From an uncultured Nitrososphaeraceae archaeon (GTDB lineage: Archaea > Thermoproteota > Nitrososphaeria > Nitrososphaerales > Nitrososphaeraceae): a DNA stretch of 45,991 bases. The notes under the pieces are model-generated. The model saw only the letters and a list, made by a program, of their open reading frames with translations. It ran no database searches and was not told the DNA's origin. The number at the start of each line of letters is the position of its first letter. Positions within the stretch are counted from its first letter, which is position 1. The position numbers were made by a program, and so were the translations under genes. Shown one piece after another: positions 30,645 through 42,109 of the stretch. The stretch lies in contig CAVXZB010000018.1 of the NCBI GenBank assembly GCA_963765895.1, positions 1 through 45,991 on the forward strand, written 5' to 3'.

Positions 30645-31640
30645 ATGGCATTTCAAATGGCAAAAATCCCTAGGTTAGGTTCAATCTTTGAAAAAAGTGA
30701 TGCTCGAAGATTTACGGATGACGCACTTGAATTGCAGTATATTCTTAGATATTCGATTGTACTCGATGGAGAATGTCCAGATAACGGTCAGAAGTTTAAT
30801 CAATTCTCGATATACAGCGCTACAGGCTGGCTAATCAAAAATTATTCTAAATCTCGTGATGACTTCCGGGACTCGAAGCTTACCCCAGATAGGAAGATTC
30901 AAGCAAAATTTGATGGTGTTGAGGGTAAAGTAAAGAGATTAGCATATTTAGATTTAATAGAACAAATAACTGAGAATAGTAAATCTAATGCGACCTATTA
31001 CAGATTTACTGAATCAGGATATATGCTAGCCTGGATCTTTGAAAGTTTTGACGAAAACAAAAGAATGGCGGCAAATAACCAAATATACAGAATTCTTCAA
31101 CGTAATGCGAGTTACGATCAGTCATCTTATGATATTTTTGGTTCGTTAGAGTACAAGAAATATATGGAAAAGGGAGTTTTTGACGAACTGTACACAAGCG
31201 TTCTGCGAAACACAATCTCCCAATCAAATAGACAAATAAATACAATGAAGGATCTATTGACACTTAGTCCCTTACCTAGCTTTAATGATGAAAATCATGC
31301 AAAATTATATCTAGAAGTTTGGCAAGAAGCCTTCAATGAATTACCTAATGAGGAAACGAGGAATTATTGTCTATATTGGCTGAAATTAAGAATAGAGGAA
31401 TTAATGGAAACTACACCTGTAAAGAATATTAAGGATTTTGAAGAGTTAAGGTTTGATTTACGAAGCAACTATGATACGCTTGCATTAGAGGGGACATGTT
31501 CAAATTGCCACCTTCCATCAGCTATACCAATAAAGATAATAGATTATATGAAGAGAGTAAGCGCTTCACTAGACAGTTTCGTAGTTACTAAATGCACCGT
31601 ATGTAGTCAGAATTGTCGCATAGACCTTCCTATGCTTTAA
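30645..31640 (+). CDS. Hypothetical protein with wHTH-like N-half and C-terminal Zn ribbon
   Basis: VKRLAYLDLIE..YYRFTESG; CSNC..CTVC; divergent from the AbrB-like gene across 56 bp. Confidence 0.75.
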   Translation: MAFQMAKIPRLGSIFEKSDARRFTDDALELQYILRYSIVLDGECPDNGQKFNQFSIYSATGWLIKNYSKSRDDFRDSKLTPDRKIQAKFDGVEGKVKRLAYLDLIEQITENSKSNATYYRFTESGYMLAWIFESFDENKRMAANNQIYRILQRNASYDQSSYDIFGSLEYKKYMEKGVFDELYTSVLRNTISQSNRQINTMKDLLTLSPLPSFNDENHAKLYLEVWQEAFNELPNEETRNYCLYWLKLRIEELMETTPVKNIKDFEELRFDLRSNYDTLALEGTCSNCHLPSAIPIKIIDYMKRVSASLDSFVVTKCTVCSQNCRIDLPML

Positions 31641-31721
31641 AGCATAAATGCTTTAGCCTCAAAACAGTTTTAATAATCATTTTATTTGACTACGTATCAT
31701 CCTACCAATGGTTAAATTGCT

Positions 31722-32870
31722 GTGAAAGATTTACGAAGTATAAGCTCAATATTTAGAAGGATGGATAACGGACAGTACGATGACCATGCCCTTCTTTACC
31801 GAGACATCTTGAGCTATCCTATTAAAAAAGCCAGTGAGAAAGGTCACAATAATGTTCAAAATAATAATAAAAATGCTAATTCTGTTACCTTTACTAGATG
31901 GCAGACTGCTACATGGTTAAGATCTAACCACAGCATATATGTAACTAGATATCGAAATAAGCCTTTACGTTATAGGACTGAAGAAATTGAAAGTATACAG
32001 AAGACTATAAAGAGAAATTTAGATAGACTAGTCGAAATCGAATTATTACAAATAATAGGCAGCGAAAAAATACAGACTGGAACAGGTAATACGCCAATTT
32101 ACAAACATACAATATTTGGACTCCTTATAGCCTGGATTATTGAGTATCAAAATATTTGCGATACAGAGATAGGTGATGTAGAGAAGTATCAAGATAGAAG
32201 AAAAATCGCTAACGATGAAATATATAGTGTACTTCAGGATATACTAAAAAAAGGAAAGAGATATGCCCCATCAACCTTCGTATTGTACTCTAAATTCTTT
32301 GAAATCTGTAAGGAACAAAACTTATTTGGCAACCTTATTCAATTAATGAATGAGATACTTCGCTTAGAAGAGGATATGATCACAATGGAAAATTTCATAC
32401 ATAGACTAATGGAATTTGATTTTAAGTCTGAAAATAGTAAACTACTGTTTCGACTTATCTTATGGAATGGTACATTAAATTCTCTTGATGAGCGTACAAG
32501 AAATGTCTTTCTGCATAATGCTAAGTTGGATATAGAAAGAAAAGTAGTAGAAGGGCTGAAAAATCTTAGAGGTTATGAGAGTCTAATGCTAAAAGCTTTA
32601 GAATATCCGAAAATCCAGGTTATTCTTGAATGTAATTGTAATTGTAAACAGTGTCGGTCGTATATCCTTAGAATGCTGGATGTTCGCAAGTACAAGATCA
32701 GGATGATATTAGCGAATATAGATTCCTCGGAGTTATCTGGTGTGGCGCTTCAAATCTACAAATTGGAGATGGACAAAGTTTGCTCTAATATAGATCCTTT
32801 CATACTGCCAGAAAAATGTCCTGCTTGTAACACACATAATTCGCTAAAAATACCTTTCTTTACCAACTGA
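31722..32870 (+). CDS. Paralogue of the preceding wHTH/Zn-ribbon protein
   Basis: ATWLR, LDRLVEIELLQ, YKHTIFGLLIAWI, RKIANDEIY, KLDIE, CKQC..CPAC. Confidence 0.75.
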   Translation: MKDLRSISSIFRRMDNGQYDDHALLYRDILSYPIKKASEKGHNNVQNNNKNANSVTFTRWQTATWLRSNHSIYVTRYRNKPLRYRTEEIESIQKTIKRNLDRLVEIELLQIIGSEKIQTGTGNTPIYKHTIFGLLIAWIIEYQNICDTEIGDVEKYQDRRKIANDEIYSVLQDILKKGKRYAPSTFVLYSKFFEICKEQNLFGNLIQLMNEILRLEEDMITMENFIHRLMEFDFKSENSKLLFRLILWNGTLNSLDERTRNVFLHNAKLDIERKVVEGLKNLRGYESLMLKALEYPKIQVILECNCNCKQCRSYILRMLDVRKYKIRMILANIDSSELSGVALQIYKLEMDKVCSNIDPFILPEKCPACNTHNSLKIPFFTN

Positions 32871-33146
32871 TATTAGTGTAATCTAAATATTTGAGATGAT
32901 TTGCTCAACGATGGTTTTAATAATCATTATTTATAATAGATGATCGATAGGAATTTGCGTTAGTTGATGCGCAGTTTGATTTTTAGTGTTTAATGCATTC
33001 TCAATAGTATTATTTATAGTTCCTAAACAATAAACCCAATCGATATTTACCAATATTTTGTTTAGATTAAATTTGTCACTACCTGCAGCGGCTAAAATAT
33101 AACAATAACTGACAACACTTAAGTTAAATAGAATTGATGCAGATCT

Positions 33147-33611
33147 ATGTCAAAGAGCAACGAATCTAATGCGGCTGATGCAGAAGCAGCTTCTAACAAG
33201 GAAGGGATAATCAAAGGATTAAACGAGGATCTGGCAAGAGAATATAAAGCGATTATACAGTATGTGGTTTTCAGTTCCACATTGAAGGGGGCAGAATATG
33301 GGGACATAGCAGAACAGTTGAAAAAACATGCTTCACAGGAACTGGCACATGCTCTGGAGGTGGCTAGACAGATCGACTACCTTGGTGGAGATCCAACGGT
33401 AAAAAGTAAAGAGGTTGAATATTCCGATGATTCAAAGACAATGCTTGAGATTGATCCAAGAGCCGAACAAGAAACTATCAAGAATTATAGGGATAGAATA
33501 CGTCAGGCTGAAAGCTCAGGTGAATTTGCACTCTCTGAAGCGTTAAGGGATATTATCAGACAAGAGCAGGATCACGAAATAGATCTAAAGGATGCTCTTG
33601 GGTTGCGATGA
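33147..33611 (+). CDS. Bacterioferritin/ferritin-like protein
   Basis: LNEDLAREYKAIIQY, QELAHA, IDYLGG, QEQDHE di-iron motifs. Confidence 0.9.
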   Translation: MSKSNESNAADAEAASNKEGIIKGLNEDLAREYKAIIQYVVFSSTLKGAEYGDIAEQLKKHASQELAHALEVARQIDYLGGDPTVKSKEVEYSDDSKTMLEIDPRAEQETIKNYRDRIRQAESSGEFALSEALRDIIRQEQDHEIDLKDALGLR

Positions 33612-34244
33612 TAATAATAAATGAATTCTAATTAATGAACATTGGCTACGAAAATAAATTTAAAGGCTGGTTCCCAACAGTCAGAGTAGTGACTACAAAC
33701 TAGTCCCGTATGGGATACATCAAAAGACGAAGACAGGATGAAGTGAGCAGGACTAATTCTCAGGTGTGAGTGAGTACTTGAACAAATGGTAGGTGTAGGA
33801 ACCAGCGCCAACAAACAGGATTCTTCAATGTGATCTGAATGATATTGAGAATAGGAACTCTTATAACGATCTCATACAAAATGACCAAACCAACGATTTA
33901 TGCCTACCTAGATCTTCATATTTCTCAGTAATTTCTGATGTGAAATTTTTCAATTGAATTAAAGGACCGATATCTTATATAATAAAAGTTCTGAATCGAT
34001 CCAGCAAGAGATAAAAGAAGGAAAGGAAAGAAAAATATTAAGGACTAGAGAATTTACAACTAACGTAGTCCTTGTTCTGTGACATCTAATTTAATATAAA
34101 ATTATCGATAGGGTATTCAGTAGAATAGAGGTAAGTTGACTGCATCATACCATCATAATACTGTGTTCACTATGTTCACTATATTGTATTATGGCGTTAG
34201 TTCTAACCATAATCAGAGTAGATAACAGAATTATGGTGCCATGT

Positions 34245-34500
34245 GGGTGCATATTATTTACTCAAATCTGTTGTCGTTGCTAAAGTTAATAGACAAAGTC
34301 CTTTAATTTATGCTATTTAATAATTCTGTAACCTACTCCTTTTTCATCTATCTAAACTTGAAATTTTCTGACATCATTTGAAGTGCCCTTTGAGTCTAAT
34401 ATTTCTGGGTAATTCGACAGTAAGATCACCACCTTTTTGATTTGAATCAAGAACCAAGGCTAATGTGGTTCTATCCTTGTCTACCACACTCCACATCATC
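34245..34500 (-). pseudogene. Remnant of a secreted/surface domain typical of thaumarchaea
   Basis: DKDRTTLALVLDSNQKGGDLTVELPRNI..RTLSINF with stops and frameshifts. Confidence 0.45.
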
Positions 34501-34654
34501 TTGTCACTGTGATATTGTATTTGATAGGAAATAATTTATCGTTAATTGCAACGCTATATAGAATGGTAAATTCTGTTCTATTATAATTGGGGGAATGACT
34601 AGTGCTCTTGGCGGGTACAAATATGAACAGGCGGATCACTAACGAATTTAGTAT

Positions 34655-35209
34655 CTATTTAGTTAATGAAGGAGAAGATGATGATTCAATCTCCTCATGT
34701 GACAAAGTTGATTCAATCTCTGTCCATAATTTTGCAAACATAGCAGGAAAGTTAGTCCTTAGCCAGATAGACATCTTTTCCTCTTCTTCCAGGCTCTGTT
34801 TTAATGAAGGTATTGTATCACTAAAGTTCATCTTTGTTGCCATTTGTATAAGTAGATCATAACCTATTACTTCGGCATTTTCAACTATCATATCCTCTGC
34901 TATTTGTATTACTTCTTGTTCTGCACTGGTCGCTGACTGATGTATAGTGTTTACTATGAATTCCGGCGGCTTTGATATAGGTAATTCTCCTTTTTCTTGT
35001 ACTGGCGTTCCATCCATATTTCTAATTAATTGCATCAATCTATTCTGCTGCTCTTTTGTTTCTTGTAGATGGAGATGCAGTTGTTCTTTAATCTTCTCAA
35101 GTGTGGTCTGATGTTCTCTACGTTGTAGTCTTTCATATGCCGCATTTTCCATAGATAATGAGGAATTCAAATATAGAAGGAATCTGTCTTGATTGTATGC
35201 TCGTGACAT
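34655..35209 (-). CDS. DUF892/YciE-F-like ferritin-fold protein
   Basis: LSMENAA, HLQETKEQQNRL, ENAEVIGY, SLEEEEKM. Confidence 0.88.
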   Translation of the reverse strand: MSRAYNQDRFLLYLNSSLSMENAAYERLQRREHQTTLEKIKEQLHLHLQETKEQQNRLMQLIRNMDGTPVQEKGELPISKPPEFIVNTIHQSATSAEQEVIQIAEDMIVENAEVIGYDLLIQMATKMNFSDTIPSLKQSLEEEEKMSIWLRTNFPAMFAKLWTEIESTLSHEEIESSSSPSLTK

Positions 35210-35638
35210 TAATATCTTGATTTACTTATGCAATATTTGTTTTAAAGATTGCAGGAATGTGAAGTGTTGCTACATGTGCAAAGTACTATTTCATTTAATT
35301 TATGAAACGATTCAAACTTATAACACCTCAAAGATCTGACAGTGAAAACCTTTTGTAAAATCAGGATCTTTCGCTATGATTGCATCAGACTCATCGTCTT
35401 CTACCTTTCAAACATGAAAATATATAATATCCTCTGGCCATGCAGATTCAACCATACAGCAGATTAGCTCTCAATGTATTAATCCTAATTCTTCAACTTT
35501 ATGCATAATACTCTATTAAAAGCTGTAACAAGCATAGCAGAGTAGATATCTCCTGCTAATAATTATTAGATTTTATAGATTACCTACATTTGCAAGGACG
35601 ATAAAATAACCTCCGGTAACTGAGGGGAATAAATATTC

Positions 35639-35863
35639 TCATCCATGAATCTCCTTTTCTAAAGCTTCTTTAAGCAAGTGCATATGATCTTTTCTATCCT
35701 TTTTGATTTTTCTCCAAATTTCAACTAACTCTGATTTATTGGCTTTCTGTGCATCCTGAATATAAGTTTCAATGGTATCATACAAAAAATCCGCATCCTT
35801 ACCCATTACTTTCAGTATATCATATGCTGTATCTGTTAATTCAGTTGATGATGATGACGACAT
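35639..35863 (-). CDS. Small two-helix (half-ferritin-like) protein
   Basis: YDILKVMGKDADFLY..YIQDA..IW..IKKD..H..LKEAL; paralogue at 41302-41544. Confidence 0.8.
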   Translation of the reverse strand: MSSSSSTELTDTAYDILKVMGKDADFLYDTIETYIQDAQKANKSELVEIWRKIKKDRKDHMHLLKEALEKEIHG

Positions 35864-35901
35864 ATTAAGATCTATGGAAAATAAAATATTTAATCATATT
35901 T

Positions 35902-36288
35902 ATGTTTGATTATCTTTCAGATCAAAATATATTAGTGCTGCTAAAAACAATGAATTCTCAAATAAGATATTACGCATATAGCATGAAGAATAGAAAACTT
36001 GAATTTGAAATGAAGTCAAAATCATGCAAATGTAAAATCTGTGGCATGCTATTTTTAAACTCTATAGAGCTTACTGTGCATGAAATTAACATCCACGTTG
36101 ACAAATTGTATCAGTATCAGTCATGTTATAAAATTCTCCGTAATACTGATGAGTTTAATGAGCATATAAAGAGAGTCCATAGCAGATCAGCTCCATCATT
36201 ACATTCCTCAGTTGTATCTAGATCTCTAGCTAGTAATAACAATATTGAAAAATACAATATGCAAGAAGAAGAAGAAAAATTGGGGTAG
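35902..36288 (+). CDS. C2H2 zinc-finger protein (second finger degenerate; real start may be later)
   Basis: CKICGMLF..LTVHEINIH; YQSC..HIKRVH. Confidence 0.6.
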   Translation: MFDYLSDQNILVLLKTMNSQIRYYAYSMKNRKLEFEMKSKSCKCKICGMLFLNSIELTVHEINIHVDKLYQYQSCYKILRNTDEFNEHIKRVHSRSAPSLHSSVVSRSLASNNNIEKYNMQEEEEKLG

Positions 36289-36577
36289 ACTTTACTAACA
36301 CAGACAAGCAAATTGGAAGTGGTTAGTAAAAGAATCAACTAGATTCTCGATTATCGGACTTTAGCCTGATTATATGTACTTAAAAAGTATATCGGAATGT
36401 AATAAGCGTTTCTAGTAGGTATACTGGACACATGTACGTCTTTTTTTATTCCTGTTGGAGGAGTAGGAGGAGGACAACGATGTATGGTATATGAAAAGGA
36501 ACAAAATCTATCTATCCAGGTCGATGAGACGAGTTTATGAAACTATTATGAAAGTTGTTGTCATATAATAAAGCATT

Positions 36578-37143
36578 ATGGTAGAAAGACAAGCAGAAGA
36601 TACTATAGAAAATATTGATATAGACTCCTCTACACACAAACCAGCATATAATACAAGTGCAATAAACCATGCATTGACAAGAGCTAACAAAGACCAAAAG
36701 TTTCTAGACTCTGCAATAAAATTACTTGACAATAAACAACAAATGCAATTCCCAGCTATTAAAGAAGAAATTTTAGATTATATTTCACGTGTAAGTAATG
36801 ACACGGATGTAATATCATTATTTCAAAGCTTAGATGGCTATATTAGATTCAAAGATATATATCACGTGCGAAAAGCACTTGAAGAAAATAATCATGCAAA
36901 TAAAACAAAACATCAGATAACAGATAGTACACGCAAGAACCCTGACGTTAGGACACGCGACATAACAATTGACAGTAGTACAAAAGAGAAAGAAGCTGTA
37001 AATTTAAATGAAGAAAGAAAAGACTATCCTGAAGTTACACCGACTGCTATGTCTAATTATATTTGTGATATGTGTGGCAAACCCTTTCAAACGAGGGATG
37101 ATATCTAGTACATCATCAGAATTTTGAAAAAGGAAAAGCCTAG
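36578..37143 (+). CDS. DUF2795-like domain plus C-terminal C2H2 finger, 2-nt insertion near 37101
   Basis: MQFPAIKEEILDY; CDMCGKPFQTRDD then LVHHQNFEKGKA* in the shifted frame. Confidence 0.7.
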
Positions 37144-37614
37144 TATTGGATTATAAAAAATAAAATGATATAGAGAGAAGAAAGGACTATATGGATACAA
37201 CAAATAGAAGAAAAGGACTATAACAGTATAGCAGAGATTACGAAAACGACTGGCGTAGTAGAGATGTAATTATAATAGTTTCCATATTTGGAAATCACTA
37301 TATTAGATCATTAATAATATAAGAGCTTTATAATGCTTAAAAAGTCTATACTAAACAAATATCTGGCTAGAATTATGAAACTTTTTCACTTCATTGTCGG
37401 TTTGTATTAATATATAGTAGGCGATGAAATACCGGACTCGTAATCGTTAACACATTCTTGGCTCAATAAAAATAGGCTAATTCCAAGCTACTCCAATGCC
37501 TCCAATTATACTGCCAATAAGAGATCTATTCTAGCATGCCAGTGTATCTATATCTATTTTCTTACGTTAGTATCGCTTCGAGATGCTACCTTTCCCTGTG
37601 AAAACAGTTACCAG

Positions 37615-38463
37615 TTATTCTAGCGTTCCTTCTATAAGTGGTCTTATTGGAATTTGATCTTTTCGTAATTTGAGCTTACTAAATATATCTGAAAACTGCT
37701 GTCGCTGGGTCTGACCATCGCCCTCTTCTTCTGCTTCTATTTCTATTCCAATGTCGTTCTTTATTACGTCTTTTCCTTCTCTTGCGCCAATAAGAATTAT
37801 CTGTGCATTTTTGCAATCGATCAATTTCGTATCCTTTGTTAATGAAATAAAGTTCTCATTCTCATTGAACTCATTTAGCACTTCAGGCGGATATTTTGCG
37901 GGTTCTTCTGTACTAGGATACCCTTCTGTCGATGGTCCTATCTTAGGGTTAATAACTGATATTATATAACTTGCTTCTTTTTCTATACCTAATTCCTTTT
38001 GCGCTTCCCCTGGTTCTTTTGGTAGTTCAAGTATATACACAATCTCGGCATGATTTCGATACTTCACTAATGCATACTTTCCTTCTCCAACAGGTCTTGC
38101 GGCATCACCTCTCCTAAATTCATCCGACAAAAGTTCTTTAGTAAGCTCATTTGCATTGTTAAAAACGCCGCCTATTCTTGCCCAAAATCGTTCGGATGCT
38201 CTAGCTTCACTCTTTCTAATAGTCGGAAGTGATTTCTTACCTACGACAAAAAGTCTGTAGATTTGGTTATCACTATTACTATCATTCGCTCGCTGCTCAG
38301 GTGCAGTGATCATAAAAAAGCGTCGGACATCTTCAATACTTTTTACTTTTTCAGATCTAACTTTTGGCCTATAGAAGAAGTAAATATCTCCATACTCCAG
38401 AATTTCAGTTTGATTTTGTTGGTGCTGCCTACTTTGAACCTTGTTAGTATCTAAATGAGCCAT
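37615..38463 (-). CDS. Conserved hypothetical protein
   Basis: 282 aa; LEYGDIYFFYRPKV, ARPVGEGKY, YILELP..PG..Q.ELGI, YIISVINP. Confidence 0.85.
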   Translation of the reverse strand: MAHLDTNKVQSRQHQQNQTEILEYGDIYFFYRPKVRSEKVKSIEDVRRFFMITAPEQRANDSNSDNQIYRLFVVGKKSLPTIRKSEARASERFWARIGGVFNNANELTKELLSDEFRRGDAARPVGEGKYALVKYRNHAEIVYILELPKEPGEAQKELGIEKEASYIISVINPKIGPSTEGYPSTEEPAKYPPEVLNEFNENENFISLTKDTKLIDCKNAQIILIGAREGKDVIKNDIGIEIEAEEEGDGQTQRQQFSDIFSKLKLRKDQIPIRPLIEGTLE

Positions 38464-38774
38464 ATTGTCTAGTTTAGACTGAATAATTTATAACAATTAT
38501 AACACCATTCGGGGAGAGGGGAGGATCGAAGTAGTAAAGAGATATATGGTTTAGAGACACTTGATCGTTTCCTACAAAAAAAGAAAAATTATATTATTTA
38601 TTACTGTATGTTTTTTCACATGTCACCAATACGTCAGATACTCTATTAGTAAGGATTCTATTATATCGCCCAAAATGATAGGAGTAAAACTTTCAGCTAA
38701 TCCGCTTTCAAATAGATCCTTATTTTAGACAGTAAATAAGATATGTTGTTATAAAATAATTTTAATACCTCAGA

Positions 38775-39040
38775 TTAAGGCAGAAATTCTTACTTCATCT
38801 CATTATAACGATGGATCACCTATAGAAAACGAAAAGGTTTCACAGACATATGATAAATTGGTAGATAGATTTGGGCGGTGTAGCAGTGATAACTCTAACA
38901 CAGATTGGTGCTGGAAAGACACACAACAAGTCTAGATAAGCTGTGTCGCCAAGCAATAAGTTTTAGGAGAGACAGTGACTAATTTTTGAGAATCTGCTAA
39001 AGATCTGCTGCCAGCGGCGTCAAAAATCGTTATTATATTA
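38775..39040 (+). pseudogene. Decayed small hypothetical gene
   Basis: HYNDGSPIENEKVSQTYDKLVDRFG followed by frameshifts and stops. Confidence 0.4.
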
Positions 39041-39150
39041 GAGATAAATATTAAAAAGCCCATACCAAGCTAACCTATTCTGCAAGTCAGTTAAAGTACA
39101 GCATCGGATAATATTAAATAACTAAAATGTGGATAATTATATGAAGGGTT

Positions 39151-39666
39151 ATGTTAAAGGACTTGATTAATCCTACTAACTTTAATGTATTAGTAGGTAA
39201 GCTGGGTGACGTATTGGTAAAAGCACTTGATCAGCCACTTGGCTACGCCATTAATTGGGGTAGAATTTGGTCTCTGTGGCCTGTTCATCTAGAAACCGCC
39301 TGTTGTAGTGTAGAATTTGGCGCTGCTTCTGGACCAAGATACGATGTCGAAAGGTTTGGCATTATAGAAGCTTTTGGCTCTTTACGACAATGTGATTTGG
39401 TTGTCGTTCAGGGAACTGTTACTAGAAAAATGGCACCAAGACTCAGAATGGTTTATGATCAGATGCCTGACCCCAAATACGTGATCGCTATGGGCGCCTG
39501 TGCAATTACTGGGGGTTTGTATATTGATTCATACAATGTTCTTCCTGGAGTTGATGGAATCATCCCAGTAGATGTATATGTTCCTGGCTGTCCTCCTAGA
39601 CCAGAAACATTGATTCAAGGCACGATGTTGCTACAGGAAAAAATAAAAAGGTCGAAGATAGGATAA
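39151..39666 (+). CDS. nuoB: NADH-quinone oxidoreductase subunit B, stand-alone copy
   Basis: SLWP..TACCSVE, RQCD, PKYVIAMGACAITGG, PVDVYVPGCPPRPE. Confidence 0.95.
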   Translation: MLKDLINPTNFNVLVGKLGDVLVKALDQPLGYAINWGRIWSLWPVHLETACCSVEFGAASGPRYDVERFGIIEAFGSLRQCDLVVVQGTVTRKMAPRLRMVYDQMPDPKYVIAMGACAITGGLYIDSYNVLPGVDGIIPVDVYVPGCPPRPETLIQGTMLLQEKIKRSKIG

Positions 39667-40253
39667 CATGAACAAAGTGTTACAGTGAATGTTACAATAC
39701 ATATTACACCTGTCTAGACATCTTGTAACCCACTATACCAATAGTAATCTCCTGTCGACTATTGCTATCAAATCTGTAATTAGCTAATAATTCGTAATCT
39801 GTTTCATAATCTAATTATTATGGAGATTGGATATTATATTATATATTATCACTGGGTTCATATAAGTTCCGTTTTCCCAGATGAGTTTAGTAGAACTAGG
39901 ACAAGGTAGACGGGCCAGTTAATTGCTTTTCTATTGGATAATTATGATAAATGGCGCTTTCAACCCTCAACTATTGTACAGATTAATAAGAATGTAAATG
40001 TTTACTACATAGCAGTTTTTTAGTCAGTCTAGTACGCAATTGTAAATGCCTTTTTTTCCGAGAATCGAACTGGTAGTATTTGAAAAATTGCTTAGGTTTT
40101 CTTCTATATTATTCTTAGTATTAATAAGTGTAGAGAAACAGCTGCCACTGCTTGATCAGTACATGTTTAAGATAATTGTAATACAACAATAGATAGGTAA
40201 GTGGGTAATGATGCTTTTATTTACTAAGTAATCCATGTTATAATTAGTACCTT

Positions 40254-40568
40254 ATGGGTCCAAGACAATGCAACGGTTTATGTAGGAGCGAATGCTTCTC
40301 AATCAAGTTACTGCAAAATAAAGAGAACTATACATTCTGGCGCAGTAGTATGAATAAACTATATACAGTCAAATCAAGGATGAAATCAAGCCTAGCCAAA
40401 CGTTATACGATTAAACACAAAGATCTTGGCCTGAAACGCTGTAGGATATGTGAGTTTATCACTGCTACCAAGACCGACATATTACGCTGCCCTTGCTGTA
40501 ATTCGATACTAACTCAAGCAATCAGGGATATTAAAGCAAGTACAGTAAAACAAGTGCTTATAGTGTAA
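40254..40568 (+). CDS. Small Cys-rich zinc-ribbon protein
   Basis: CNGLC, KRCRICE, RCPCC. Confidence 0.6.
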   Translation: MGPRQCNGLCRSECFSIKLLQNKENYTFWRSSMNKLYTVKSRMKSSLAKRYTIKHKDLGLKRCRICEFITATKTDILRCPCCNSILTQAIRDIKASTVKQVLIV

Positions 40569-41301
40569 CTATAAGTATATTCAGAACAAATACATTTGTA
40601 CGAACTTTACTGTTTGTAACAGATTTGTTGGACTACAATAAAATTTACTACTTGTACTAGTCGTCAAAATAAAGGAGCTGATGATGATCATTGCAAACTT
40701 GCATTTTTGATTGTGTCTAGTGCATAAAAAATAATATATCTAAGAAATTTAGAAATTGAAATTTTTCTTTTAGACTAAAGTCTGTACTCATGTTACCTTA
40801 GATTATGAGATATCAGTAAAAGAGACGAGGACTAGATGATTACTATTCTTATTCAATATGACAGAATATGGATAGCACAAAATCCTTCTTTACACAGATC
40901 TATGTTCGCCCATAGAGAGTTATTCTAATTATTGTGAGGTGTCATTTGAGGATAATGGGATGGTATTGTAAGCTTACTATGAAACGGTGGATAAGATTAG
41001 ACAAACTCTAATGATAACCGGTATATGTATAGGTATAGAAAGCATGAATATAAAGATCCTACTGAATTTGATATTCATCTTCAAACAAATAATGACTGAA
41101 GACTGATTGGAAGTTGTGAGCCACACATACACAGATAATAATTATGTTCTAGTTATTCGTGTTTAAATAATTGAACAAGGATCAACATATAAATCATATT
41201 CTATCAGTATAATGATGTTATAAACGATAGGCCTATTGTAAAGAACAATGACCTTACTATAACTGTTTTTAGTCTTATTGTCTTGAATACAGACACCCAC
41301 T

Positions 41302-41544
41302 ATGGATACAAAACATCAAACAACAGGATTAGAAAATACGACATTTAATATACTAATAGCTCTTGGTAAAGAGGCTCAGTTTCTCTACTCTACTGTAGAT
41401 ACCTACAAGTCTGATGCAGAAAAAGAAAACAGATCGGATCTTGTAGATATGTGGAACACGATAAAGCAAGATCGAACTAGACATTTGCAGATGTTGCGAG
41501 AGGCATTAGCAAAAGAAGCAAAACAAGAGAAATTGACGAAGTAG
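41302..41544 (+). CDS. Small two-helix (half-ferritin-like) protein
   Basis: FNILIALGKEAQFLY..YKSDA..MW..IKQD..H..LREAL. Confidence 0.8.
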   Translation: MDTKHQTTGLENTTFNILIALGKEAQFLYSTVDTYKSDAEKENRSDLVDMWNTIKQDRTRHLQMLREALAKEAKQEKLTK

Positions 41545-42109
41545 ACATAAAATACCAGCACTTATTTATTGAATAGAGTAAAATTAGGGTATGTATGGTC
41601 CGAGATTGATTATCATAGAATATATCTATAGTCCTTACTACTGTAAGTCAATCAAAACTATCAACTAGAATTAACCATTAATTTGTGACTCTTACCAATA
41701 TTAGAGGCATGGTACATCCTTCTCCTATACGTTCATTTTCTAACTTGTATTAGGTGGATTAGCCAGTGATCAGCTAAAATAGTTTACATTATTATTAGGA
41801 CTTATCTCAATCACGCTAATCATTTTCATCACTATTTCATCCAGGCTGTCTCGACTGGATCACAATTAATGCTGGGCTATATTTTTTAATATCAAGGTTG
41901 GTATGTGTATACTTGCTCTTAATGAGATGGACTGTAGGTAAATTTAACATAATTAGAATCAGTTTCTATAACATTAATGACGGAGAACTAAAAAATAGTA
42001 ATCGTGATATTACTATCATTTTGGATATACTATAAGTAATTTATATAATATTGTATACTTAGGGAAATGAGAGGACAGTGCGATATGCTATTAGCATTGA
42101 TAATGTAAT

